Virus record (IMG/VR): IMGVR_UViG_3300043427_003288
DNA: 20,000 nucleotides
Strand: one strand, 5' to 3'
DNA from: an uncultured virus (IMG/VR IMGVR_UViG_3300043427_003288)
Taxonomy: Duplodnaviria; Heunggongvirae; Uroviricota; Caudoviricetes
The stretch's first letter is position 1. Every line of letters begins with the position of its first letter. Below the pieces are notes generated by a model that saw only the letters and a program-made list of their open reading frames with translations, was not told the DNA's origin and searched no databases. Of this stretch, positions 7,327-15,515 are shown one piece after another. The translations under genes were made by a program, and so were the position numbers.

Positions 7327-7779
7327 ATGCGCCTTAATTTTTATAAACCAAATAGATCGAATACAGGTACAGCCGTATCCTTTAATACGGTAGACAAGAA
7401 AGAAGAAAAGGGTGTAGATCTTTATGTCAGCTTTATTAAGCAAGCTGGCTGGAACGATCAGACAAAGAAAGGTTCTTTTAGCGAGAATGCAAAGAACCCA
7501 GAGAAGACCGCTTCTCTAAAGTTTAATGAAGCCGAGGCTGCATCCATTATCCGAGCAGTCCGTCTTGGGTCAAAGTTCTCGACGGTTCATGCTTTTCAAG
7601 GCTCCACTACATCTATTATGTTTGGGCCTTACCAAAAGAAAAATGGCGACGCTGCTCTTTCTTTTTCTATCAAGAAAGGCGAACAGTCATTCCTTATTGG
7701 CTTTGAGCTTGGAGAAGGCGAGCTTATCGCCCAATACTTAGAGAACTATCTCCGTAAGTCATTCGATCTTTCTGAATGA
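7327..7779 (+). CDS. Putative Whirly/PC4-fold single-stranded nucleic-acid-binding protein, 150 aa
   Basis: Two beta-sheet-plus-helix units ending in LKFNEAEAASII and IGFELGEGELIAQYL, similar by eye to plant Whirly domains. ATGA-coupled to the next gene. Confidence 0.55.
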   Translation: MRLNFYKPNRSNTGTAVSFNTVDKKEEKGVDLYVSFIKQAGWNDQTKKGSFSENAKNPEKTASLKFNEAEAASIIRAVRLGSKFSTVHAFQGSTTSIMFGPYQKKNGDAALSFSIKKGEQSFLIGFELGEGELIAQYLENYLRKSFDLSE

Positions 7780-9677
7780 AAAAGACTGTAGTTTTCCATA
7801 GCAATCATAGCCGAATGTTTACAGGATTCGGCAAGAACGCTAAAAATGTTCTGAGATATCTTTATCGAACTGGCAAATACAACATCATTGAGTTTGCCAA
7901 TTCAAAGACTAAGAACGCCGAAGACCTAAAGACGCTTCCTTGGAAGGCTTTTGGCACTCTTCCAGAACAGGGAAAGCTACAGGCACTTTCTTCTGATCAA
8001 ACAAAGATCAGAATGGCTAGCTATGGAGTAATTGAAATTGACGAATTAATTAAAGAAGCGAAGCCTGATTTTTATATCGGCGTAGAAGATATCTGGGCTT
8101 TATCGCCTTTAGTTGATAAAAAGTGGTGGAACGAAAACTGCATGATTTGGACCACACTTGATTCTTTACCAATCTATCCAGACGCTCTTAAAATTATCCC
8201 CAAGGTAAAGCATTACTATGCTTGGAGCGCATTTGTCGAAAAAGAAGTTAAAAGGCTCGGACATCCAGAAGGCTCAATCAAAACACTGAGAGGAGCAACA
8301 GAAACTTCTTGCTTTTTCCGACTCAAAGACGATGAGAGAAAACTCATCAGAAAAGAATTCGGCCTTACTGATGAATTCGTTGTTGGATTTGTGTTTAGAA
8401 ATCAATTGAGAAAAAGCGTCCCAAACTTAATGCAAGGCTTTAAGATTTTTAAAGATAAAAATCCAAAACTAAAGCCAAAACTTCTATTGCATACTCACTG
8501 GTCAGAAGGCTGGGATATTCAAAGGCTTATCAAAGATAATGGATTAGAAAATTCAGATATTTTGACTACGTATTTTTGTAAAAAATGCAAACAATATGAA
8601 GTTAAATCTTTTCGCGGCCAAAAAATTCCATGCAGATTTTGCGATGGGAAAGATACGGTAGAAACTACAAATATTCATAACGGAGTAAGCGAAGAGCAGC
8701 TTAATGAAGTTTATAATTTGATGGATGTTTATTGCCATCCATTTACAAGCGGAGGTCAGGAGATTCCAGTAACAGAAGCCAAACTTACTGAATTAATCAC
8801 CTTAGTCACAAACTATTCTTGCGGAGAAGATTTCTGCACAGAGGAAAGCGGCGGCATGCCTCTTTCTTGGAAACCGTATTTTGAACCTGGTACAAATTTT
8901 ATTAAAGCGACTACGCTACCAGAATCTATTGCGGACAAGTTGGAAAGAGCGGCTTATACTCCGATCTCCAAACGAAATGAGATGGGCAAAAAGGCAAGGC
9001 AATTTGTACTAGATAATCTTTCTGCTGAAGTTATCGGGAAACAAATAGAAAAAATTATAGACGAAGCGCCCTCTGTTTCGTGGAACTACTCTTCGTCTTT
9101 CGAGCTTAGAAATCCTAATTATGATCCACCAGAATCAAGCGATGACGTTAGTTGGGTAATTGACCTGTACAAAAACATTTTAAAAACAAATGTTGACGCA
9201 GAAGATAATGGCGTCAAAAGCTGGCTCAATCAAATAAAAAATGGAATCTCTAAAGAAAATATTTTAAATTATTTTAAGCAGACCGCTATCAAAGAGAATC
9301 AAGAAAATACTAGAGTTGAGCTTTCGGATCTCTTGGATAAAGATGATAAAGGAAGAAGAATTTTGTTCGCTATTCCGCAAAGCGCAGGAGATGTTTTTCT
9401 CTGCACTTCATTGCTTCCATCAATCAAAAAGACTTATCCAAACCATAACATATACTTTTCAACAAAGCCAGAATTTTTTGAAATCCTTGACTGCAATCCA
9501 TACATTCATAAAAAGATAGTCTTCAGTCCGTTTATGGAAAACCTTTTGACTATGGAGGGCCATGCTGGGGGAGAGGGGTATTTTGACATCGCTTTCCTTC
9601 CGCACGTGGGAACTCAAAAAGTTTTCGACTATCAGCATAACGGCAAGGATATTATTCAATTCGACACGAAAGCTTAA
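7776..9677 (+). CDS. Multidomain glycosyltransferase: GT4-like GT-B with a CxxC..CxxC insert, a DUF4214-like helical domain and the N-terminal lobe of a GT9, 633 aa
   Basis: TGFG N-terminal loop, VFRNQLRK, YNLMDVYCHPFTSGGQEIPVTEA; CKKC..CRFC; WVIDLYKNIL..DNGVKSWLNQIKNGISKENILNYF; RILFAIPQSAGDVFLCTSLLPSIKKTYP..EILDCNPYI. Confidence 0.85.
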   Translation: MKKTVVFHSNHSRMFTGFGKNAKNVLRYLYRTGKYNIIEFANSKTKNAEDLKTLPWKAFGTLPEQGKLQALSSDQTKIRMASYGVIEIDELIKEAKPDFYIGVEDIWALSPLVDKKWWNENCMIWTTLDSLPIYPDALKIIPKVKHYYAWSAFVEKEVKRLGHPEGSIKTLRGATETSCFFRLKDDERKLIRKEFGLTDEFVVGFVFRNQLRKSVPNLMQGFKIFKDKNPKLKPKLLLHTHWSEGWDIQRLIKDNGLENSDILTTYFCKKCKQYEVKSFRGQKIPCRFCDGKDTVETTNIHNGVSEEQLNEVYNLMDVYCHPFTSGGQEIPVTEAKLTELITLVTNYSCGEDFCTEESGGMPLSWKPYFEPGTNFIKATTLPESIADKLERAAYTPISKRNEMGKKARQFVLDNLSAEVIGKQIEKIIDEAPSVSWNYSSSFELRNPNYDPPESSDDVSWVIDLYKNILKTNVDAEDNGVKSWLNQIKNGISKENILNYFKQTAIKENQENTRVELSDLLDKDDKGRRILFAIPQSAGDVFLCTSLLPSIKKTYPNHNIYFSTKPEFFEILDCNPYIHKKIVFSPFMENLLTMEGHAGGEGYFDIAFLPHVGTQKVFDYQHNGKDIIQFDTKA

Positions 9678-9678
9678 T

Positions 9679-10881
9679 ATGCATATTTTAGATAGATACG
9701 CTTTGTCCTGTGGGGTAAAAATTGATAAACCGTTTATAAACTTGCATTATTATCCAATGACTTTGGATAAATATGTTGCATTTCAAACCAGCGGAAAAGG
9801 CAATTCCCGCCAATATGATTACTGGCACAAGGCATTTTCTTTTATAAAGGAATACGCTCCAGAATACAAGATAGTTCATGTCGGCGTCCCTTCCGACCAG
9901 TCAGTTTATGGGGTTGATCTTGATTTGAGAGGCAAAACTTCAATCAATCAGTTAGCCTACGTTATTAAAAATTCATCCATTTATCTTGGCGTAGATAGCC
10001 TTTCTGCTCATTTAGCCAGTGCTAATAATAAAAAAATTGTTGCGCTTTACTCTTATTGCTACGCTCAAAATTGTAGTCCAGTTTGGGGAGATAAAAAAGA
10101 CCATTCGCTTTTAGAAGTTGATTGGTCTAAGCATGGCAAGCCTTCGTTTTCATTAAACGAAACTAATAAAAAAATTAATAAAATCAATCCAGAAATTATT
10201 GCCAAGGCCGTTTTGGACCAACTCCAAGTCCCCAATGATCTTGATAAAATCCAGACTATTTATATTGGAAGCTCATTTCATAATCCAACTATTGAAGTGA
10301 TTCCTGATGATGGCCCGATTCCAGTCATTATCAAAGATAAAGTTTGCAATGTAAGATTGGACTATCTTTTTAACGAAAAAAAGCTTTTGCAACTAGCTTC
10401 AGTTGCTTTTTTGAATATCATTTCAAATAAAATGGTCGATTTGAACATTTTAAGTATGATCAAATCAAAAGTTTCTGGGATAACCCTAATAGTCGATGAG
10501 TCTTTTGATTTAATTTACCTTAAACAATTAAGAGATCTTGGAATTAAATTAGCCTTAACCGCGCCAAACGACGCCAATTGGGGAGCTTTAGCAGAAAAGT
10601 TTTTTGACTTTGGGCTAGAAAAAGAAGAGGTCGTTACGAAAGAAAGCGTGAAAGATTCAGATAAATTGGACGAACAGTGGATTTTTTCATCTGAAAAAAT
10701 TATAATTTCAAATGGGAAAATCTTTGCCAGCAAAGCAAGTTGGAAAAACAACCAACCAAAGCTTGACAAGTTCTCAAAAGTCGTAGACACTCCTGACTTC
10801 TGGGAAGAATCAGATCACTTTCACATATTAAAAGATGAACGACCAAACTGGAACAGCGCAAAAGCCACACTCTCTCCGTGA
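9679..10881 (+). CDS. Protein with the C-terminal (nucleotide-sugar-binding) lobe of a GT9 heptosyltransferase-like enzyme plus an unknown C-terminal domain, about 400 aa
   Basis: DLRGKTSINQLAYVIKNSSIYLGVDSLSAHLASANNKKIVALY is the GT9 C-lobe signature. Start moved from 9562 to the ATG at 9679, 1 nt after the upstream stop (TAAtATG). Confidence 0.8.
   Translation: MHILDRYALSCGVKIDKPFINLHYYPMTLDKYVAFQTSGKGNSRQYDYWHKAFSFIKEYAPEYKIVHVGVPSDQSVYGVDLDLRGKTSINQLAYVIKNSSIYLGVDSLSAHLASANNKKIVALYSYCYAQNCSPVWGDKKDHSLLEVDWSKHGKPSFSLNETNKKINKINPEIIAKAVLDQLQVPNDLDKIQTIYIGSSFHNPTIEVIPDDGPIPVIIKDKVCNVRLDYLFNEKKLLQLASVAFLNIISNKMVDLNILSMIKSKVSGITLIVDESFDLIYLKQLRDLGIKLALTAPNDANWGALAEKFFDFGLEKEEVVTKESVKDSDKLDEQWIFSSEKIIISNGKIFASKASWKNNQPKLDKFSKVVDTPDFWEESDHFHILKDERPNWNSAKATLSP
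10763..10791 (+). promoter_or_regulatory. Possible internal sigma70-type promoter upstream of the annealase-like gene
   Basis: TTGACA, 17-bp spacer, GACACT, ending 43 nt before the ATG at 10835. The -10 is imperfect. Confidence 0.35.
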
Positions 10882-11608
10882 CGAGAAGGGTTTAATTAAG
10901 AACGTTAATTATATTTTTAAAAAGGACGGGACTGTGGATTGGCGCGCAATGGTCAATCCAGCCCACCTTTATCCAAATAAGGACTGGTTTGCCCGTAGAA
11001 ATATGGCAGTACCGGAAACTTCTGACGGTCTCCGTGATGACCAGCTTCTGATTAAGTTGGCTGGAATCAAAGAGGTTGCAAAGCTTCGCGGATTCAACAG
11101 AGTAAGCTTTAACTTTCCTAAGCTCGACAATGATTATGTTGTCGCAACTTGCCAAGTCGATTGGATTGAGAATTTTGAAACATCGTTCGACGAGAATGCA
11201 TTCAATGTCATTTCGTCAATGGACGTAGCAAATGCTACGTTTGAAAATACCGATGGATTTGGTCAAAAGTTTTTAGAGACCATTGCTGCCAATCGAGCTT
11301 TTGTTCGTACAGTTCGTAATTATCTTGGCATCCATATTGTTGGTGAAGATGAGATCGCCAAGGGAAATGGAGCCAAAATGTCTGGTGCCAGCGAAGGCTC
11401 TGCGGATGTTTCGCCTCAAGGTATTCTTTCCAAGAAGTTTGCCGACTCTTCTCATTGCCACTCTGGAGCGGAATGGCCCGACTTCAAGGAATGGCTTAGA
11501 GAGCTTTGGAAGTCAGAGACCTATAGAAATGAAGAAGCCAAGAACTGGAAGTCTTGGAGCGATATTCCTGCAAAAGATGCGCGCACTCTGCTAAAGTTTG
11601 TAAAATAA
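10835..11608 (+). CDS. Putative Rad52/Sak-like single-strand annealing protein, 257 aa
   Basis: LLIKLAGIKEVA helix, three beta strands (VVATCQVDW..), then ANATFEN..FLETIAANRAFVRTVRNYLGIHIVGEDEI, resembling the A-x-x-R-A-x-x-R closing helix of Rad52-superfamily annealases. A linker and a small Trp-rich C-terminal domain follow. Confidence 0.55.
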   Translation: MNDQTGTAQKPHSLRDEKGLIKNVNYIFKKDGTVDWRAMVNPAHLYPNKDWFARRNMAVPETSDGLRDDQLLIKLAGIKEVAKLRGFNRVSFNFPKLDNDYVVATCQVDWIENFETSFDENAFNVISSMDVANATFENTDGFGQKFLETIAANRAFVRTVRNYLGIHIVGEDEIAKGNGAKMSGASEGSADVSPQGILSKKFADSSHCHSGAEWPDFKEWLRELWKSETYRNEEAKNWKSWSDIPAKDARTLLKFVK

Positions 11609-11612
11609 AATT

Positions 11613-12086
11613 ATGACTAAAAGAATTACCAGCGCTACAGAACTTCGCCAAGCATTAGAAATAATGAAAAAAGGCGAAAGGCTGGCTAAAGTCATCAGTC
11701 ATCAAAAACATATCGCAGGAGACTGGAATCTCGATCATCTGCGAGATCAGCTAATTCAGCTTCTTTTGGTATTCAAACAGAATGCAGTAATTTTTATTAA
11801 TTATGAAAAAGACAAGCAGCCAGTCTCTCTTTTCGCTGGAATGATCACAGAAGACTGGGCTTGTGGAAAGCTTGGTCTCAATGAAATTGTGTGGATTACT
11901 GTTGACAAGTCTCAGCTTGGTGGCGTAAAAGTCCTTCAAGCAGTAGAGAACCTGATTAAAGAATTAAATATAGATTTTCTATCTTGCAATTATATGTGCA
12001 ACGGAGGAGATCCAAGAGTTCAAGGTTTTTATTTAAATAATGGGTTCAGACTGGATACACTTACTTTTGTAAAGAATTACAAATAA
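11613..12086 (+). CDS. GNAT-fold acetyltransferase-like protein, 157 aa
   Basis: EIVWIT..QLGGVKVLQAVENLIKELNIDFL (degenerate motif A) and VQGFYLNNGF (motif B, FYxxxGF). Confidence 0.7.
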   Translation: MTKRITSATELRQALEIMKKGERLAKVISHQKHIAGDWNLDHLRDQLIQLLLVFKQNAVIFINYEKDKQPVSLFAGMITEDWACGKLGLNEIVWITVDKSQLGGVKVLQAVENLIKELNIDFLSCNYMCNGGDPRVQGFYLNNGFRLDTLTFVKNYK

Positions 12087-12156
12087 TTCCTAACCCATTT
12101 TTTTTCCTTTTTAGGCTCTACTAAAACTGTAAAGCCTTTTACCTTATTTTACTTTT

Positions 12157-14457
12157 ATGAAAAAAACAATGTCTGTTAAGAAGAGAAGCGGAGAAGTCGT
12201 AAAGTTCGATGCTGACAAGATTAATAAAGTTTTAGCTTGGGCTTGCGAAGACATTCCAGATACCTCTTTTGAGGAAGTTGCGATGAACGCTAACCTTTCA
12301 TTCTTTGACGGTATTTCTTCTAAGGATATCCACAATACCCTTATTGAAGCTGCGGCAGGATTGATATCCGAGGAAAAGCCTCAGTATCAATACGTTGCGT
12401 CTAAGCTTCTTAACTTTCAGCTTAGAAAGGAAGTTTGGGGAGGCAAGAATGCCCCAAAGCTCATTGATTTTGTCAAGGAGAATATCAAGCTAAAGGTTTA
12501 TGATCCAGATATTTTAAATTGGTATGACGAGCGCGAGTTCCATAAGCTCGATGAGTTCTTGCGCCATAATAATGATTTTAATTTCACATATGCTGGCATC
12601 AAGCAGCTTTGTGAAAAATATCTGGTTCAGAACAGAACCACAAAGAAAATCTACGAGACTCCGCAGTTTGCCTATATGCTTATTGCTATGACGTTCTTTA
12701 AAAATTACAAGAACGACAGAATCAATTACATTAAAAAGGCTTATAATTATTTCAGTCAGCACAAGATCAATCTGCCAACCCCAATTATGGCGGGCGTTCG
12801 CACAACACTGAAGTCTTATGCTTCTTGCGCTCTATTTACAGTAGACGATGCTCTTAGTTCGATCTTTGCAAACAATAGTGCGATTGGATTTGCCACAGGT
12901 AATCGTTACGGTATTGGCATCAATGCTAGCCGCATTCGCGCTGTCAACAGCCCAGTAAAGGGCGGAATGGTCAGCCATACCGGCCCAGTACCATTCTTGA
13001 AGATGTTTGAATCTACCGTAAAAAGTTGCCATCAAAATGGCATTCGCGGAGGCTCTGCAACAGTTAATGTTGCTTGGTTCCATCATGATATCGAAGACAT
13101 CCTTGTTCTGAAGAACAATGCTGGTACAGACGATAATCGTGTTCGCAAGTTAGATTATTGCATTGGTTTTGATCGCGTGTTCTATGACCGCGCAATGTCT
13201 AACAAGAATGTTACTCTGTTTTCATATCACGAAGTTCCTGAGCTTTGGAACAATTTTGGGATGCCAGAGTTTAAAGAGCTTTACGAGGCCGCAGAGAATA
13301 ACCCTAAAATCAAGTTCAAAAAGATTGTAAACGCCAGAGAGCTTCTGTTCCTCTTCTCAAAGGAGCGGGTAGAGACTGGACGTATTTACGCAATGAACGT
13401 AGATCATGCAAACTCTCATGGCGCTTGGCTAGAACAAGTTGACACATCTAATCTTTGCCTTGAAGTAAACCATCCCTTAAAAGCGATCAGCGATGTAAAT
13501 GATCCAAATGGTGAAATCGGCGTCTGCATTCTTTCTGCCGTTAATCTGGTAGAGGTTTCTGAGAATGAAATGGAATCAGTTTGTGACGTTATTGTAAGAA
13601 TGCTTGATGAACTTATTGACCATCAAGATTATTTCGTTCCTGCTGCGGCAAATTTTGCCAAGAACCGCCGCAGTCTTGGAGTTGGCGTTACAAATCTTGC
13701 CGCCTACTTTGCTAAGAATAAAATCAAATACTTTGATAAGCAGGCTCCAAATAAGGCGGCTGCGATAATGGAGCTTGTTAGCTACAATCTTATCAAGGCT
13801 TCTATTGGCTTGGCAAAAGAAAAAGGCACTTGCGCTAAATTTAATCTCACTAAATATTCAAAAGGCATTCTTCCTATTGATAACTATTGCAAGAGCGTTG
13901 ATGAGTTTGTAAAGGAAAAGCTGCATTGTGATTGGGAGGCTCTTCGTCAAGACATCAAACAATATGGCATGCGACATAGTACTCTTACAGCTTTGATGCC
14001 AGTTGAGTCTAGCTCTGTTATTCAATCGTCTACCAATGGTATCGAACCTCCACGGTCTCTTATCTCTTTTAAGAGATCAAAGGCAGGAGTAATGCCAGTC
14101 GCTGTTCCCGCCATCAATAAGTATAAGGATGATTACACTCTTGCTTTTGAGATGCCGAGTAACGAAGGCTATCTCAAGGTAGTTGCCGCTCTCCAGAAGT
14201 TTGTTGACATGAGTATCTCAACAAATCTTTACTATAACACTACTCGTTATCCAAACAAGATTCCGCCTCAGACAGAGCTTGTAAAGGACATCCTTCTTGC
14301 TTATAAGTACGGGATCAAGAACCTTTACTATACAAATACATTTGACGGAGATACTCAGACAGTACTGCACACCAAAAAAGAAGTAGAGCAACCACAACCA
14401 CAATCAGAACCGCAAGAAGAAACCGAAGGATGTGCCGGTGGAGCTTGCACCTTATAA
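12157..14457 (+). CDS. nrdA: Ribonucleotide reductase class Ia alpha subunit with an ATP cone, 766 aa
   Basis: VKKRSG ATP cone, PTPIMAG, ASCAL, QNGIRGG, SNLCLE (thiyl Cys), GVCILSA, LMPVESSS, KNLYY and C-terminal CAGGAC. Confidence 0.98.
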   Translation: MKKTMSVKKRSGEVVKFDADKINKVLAWACEDIPDTSFEEVAMNANLSFFDGISSKDIHNTLIEAAAGLISEEKPQYQYVASKLLNFQLRKEVWGGKNAPKLIDFVKENIKLKVYDPDILNWYDEREFHKLDEFLRHNNDFNFTYAGIKQLCEKYLVQNRTTKKIYETPQFAYMLIAMTFFKNYKNDRINYIKKAYNYFSQHKINLPTPIMAGVRTTLKSYASCALFTVDDALSSIFANNSAIGFATGNRYGIGINASRIRAVNSPVKGGMVSHTGPVPFLKMFESTVKSCHQNGIRGGSATVNVAWFHHDIEDILVLKNNAGTDDNRVRKLDYCIGFDRVFYDRAMSNKNVTLFSYHEVPELWNNFGMPEFKELYEAAENNPKIKFKKIVNARELLFLFSKERVETGRIYAMNVDHANSHGAWLEQVDTSNLCLEVNHPLKAISDVNDPNGEIGVCILSAVNLVEVSENEMESVCDVIVRMLDELIDHQDYFVPAAANFAKNRRSLGVGVTNLAAYFAKNKIKYFDKQAPNKAAAIMELVSYNLIKASIGLAKEKGTCAKFNLTKYSKGILPIDNYCKSVDEFVKEKLHCDWEALRQDIKQYGMRHSTLTALMPVESSSVIQSSTNGIEPPRSLISFKRSKAGVMPVAVPAINKYKDDYTLAFEMPSNEGYLKVVAALQKFVDMSISTNLYYNTTRYPNKIPPQTELVKDILLAYKYGIKNLYYTNTFDGDTQTVLHTKKEVEQPQPQSEPQEETEGCAGGACTL

Positions 14458-14459
14458 CA

Positions 14460-15515
14460 ATGAAAACTGTCCTTAATACCGTTAATTTAGATTCGCTCAA
14501 GCAGCCGCTTTTCCTTGGAGAAGATTTGGCTATTCAGCGATATGATCGTCTTAAGTATCCAAAGTTTTATGAACTGTACGACCAGCAAATTAATTTTTTC
14601 TGGCGTCCACAGGAAGTAAATCTGACAAAGGATGCTGCTGATTACAAGACACTGTCTCCAGAAGAAAAGTTTGTTTTCGACAGCAATTTGCGATTCCAAA
14701 CAATGACAGACTCAATGCTGTCTCGCAGCATTAATTCGCTATCAGATTACGTAAGCAATCCAGAGCTTGAAATCTGCATGAATGTTTGGTCTTTCTTTGA
14801 GACGGTTCATAGCAACAGCTATACGTACATTCTCCAGAATGTTCACCCAGATGCCACAAAATTCTTTGATTCAATCTTAGAAGACAAGGAGATTGTAAAG
14901 AGGGCTCAAGCTATCTCCAGCCGTTATGATGCCCTACTTAATACAAAGAGCGATGATCCAAAACAGCAGATATTTGAAGCTCTTCTTGCGACTCAGATAA
15001 CCGAAGGGGTAACCTTTTACGTTTCTTTTGCCTGCTCTTTCTATTTTGGCTATCGCGGAAAGATGGAGGGGAATGCCAAGATCATTAACCTCATCTCCCG
15101 TGACGAAAATCTTCACGTTGCTATCACTCAGAATCTTCTTAAAATTCTTCGTGATCAGCCCAAGGAAGGCTTTCAAGACATTGTTAAAAAGAATGAAGAC
15201 AAAATTTATGAAGCTTATAGAATGGCTGTTGAATCTGAAAAGGAATGGGCTGATTATCTTTTCTCAAAGGGCAGTCTAATTGGCCTCACTGCTGATTCCC
15301 TAAAGCGTTATGTCGAATGGCTTGCTGACAATAGACTCCATTCCATGGGTTATAAAAAGATTTATAATGTAAAGGGCAATCCACTTGCTGGCTGGCTAGA
15401 CAGCTTCTATGACAGCAAAAAGATCCAAGTTGCTCCTCAAGAGACAGAAATATCTTCTTATGTCAAAGGCGTTGACAATAAGATTGACGAATCTGTCTTT
15501 GATATGAAGTTTTAA
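14460..15515 (+). CDS. nrdB: Ribonucleotide reductase class Ia beta subunit, about 351 aa
   Basis: FFWRPQE, QTMTDS, ETVHSNSY (radical Tyr), EGVTFYVSF, RDENLH, QVAPQETEISSY. Start moved from 14430 to the ATG at 14460, 2 nt after the nrdA stop. Confidence 0.97.
   Translation: MKTVLNTVNLDSLKQPLFLGEDLAIQRYDRLKYPKFYELYDQQINFFWRPQEVNLTKDAADYKTLSPEEKFVFDSNLRFQTMTDSMLSRSINSLSDYVSNPELEICMNVWSFFETVHSNSYTYILQNVHPDATKFFDSILEDKEIVKRAQAISSRYDALLNTKSDDPKQQIFEALLATQITEGVTFYVSFACSFYFGYRGKMEGNAKIINLISRDENLHVAITQNLLKILRDQPKEGFQDIVKKNEDKIYEAYRMAVESEKEWADYLFSKGSLIGLTADSLKRYVEWLADNRLHSMGYKKIYNVKGNPLAGWLDSFYDSKKIQVAPQETEISSYVKGVDNKIDESVFDMKF

Noticed and set aside
9562..9678. ORF-track N-terminal extension of the GT9 C-lobe gene
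   Set aside because: It overlaps the upstream gene by 116 bp with unconvincing sequence, and the ATG at 9679 fits translational coupling. Kept only as a possible frameshift window.
12087..12156. Riboswitch, NrdR box or terminator in the nrdA leader
   Set aside because: Only 5-6 bp alternative stems (CCTAA/TTAGG, TTTTAG/CTAAAA, AGGCT/AGCCT) are present, with no NrdR palindrome. Too weak to call.
14430..14459. ORF-track start of nrdB (MCRWSLHLIT)
   Set aside because: It overlaps the conserved CAGGAC end of nrdA. The ATG at 14460 is more plausible.
177..15515. Inteins, introns or homing endonucleases in dnaE, nrdA or nrdB
   Set aside because: The reading frames are continuous and of normal or short length, with no splice-junction (C..HN) or LAGLIDADG/HNH motifs.
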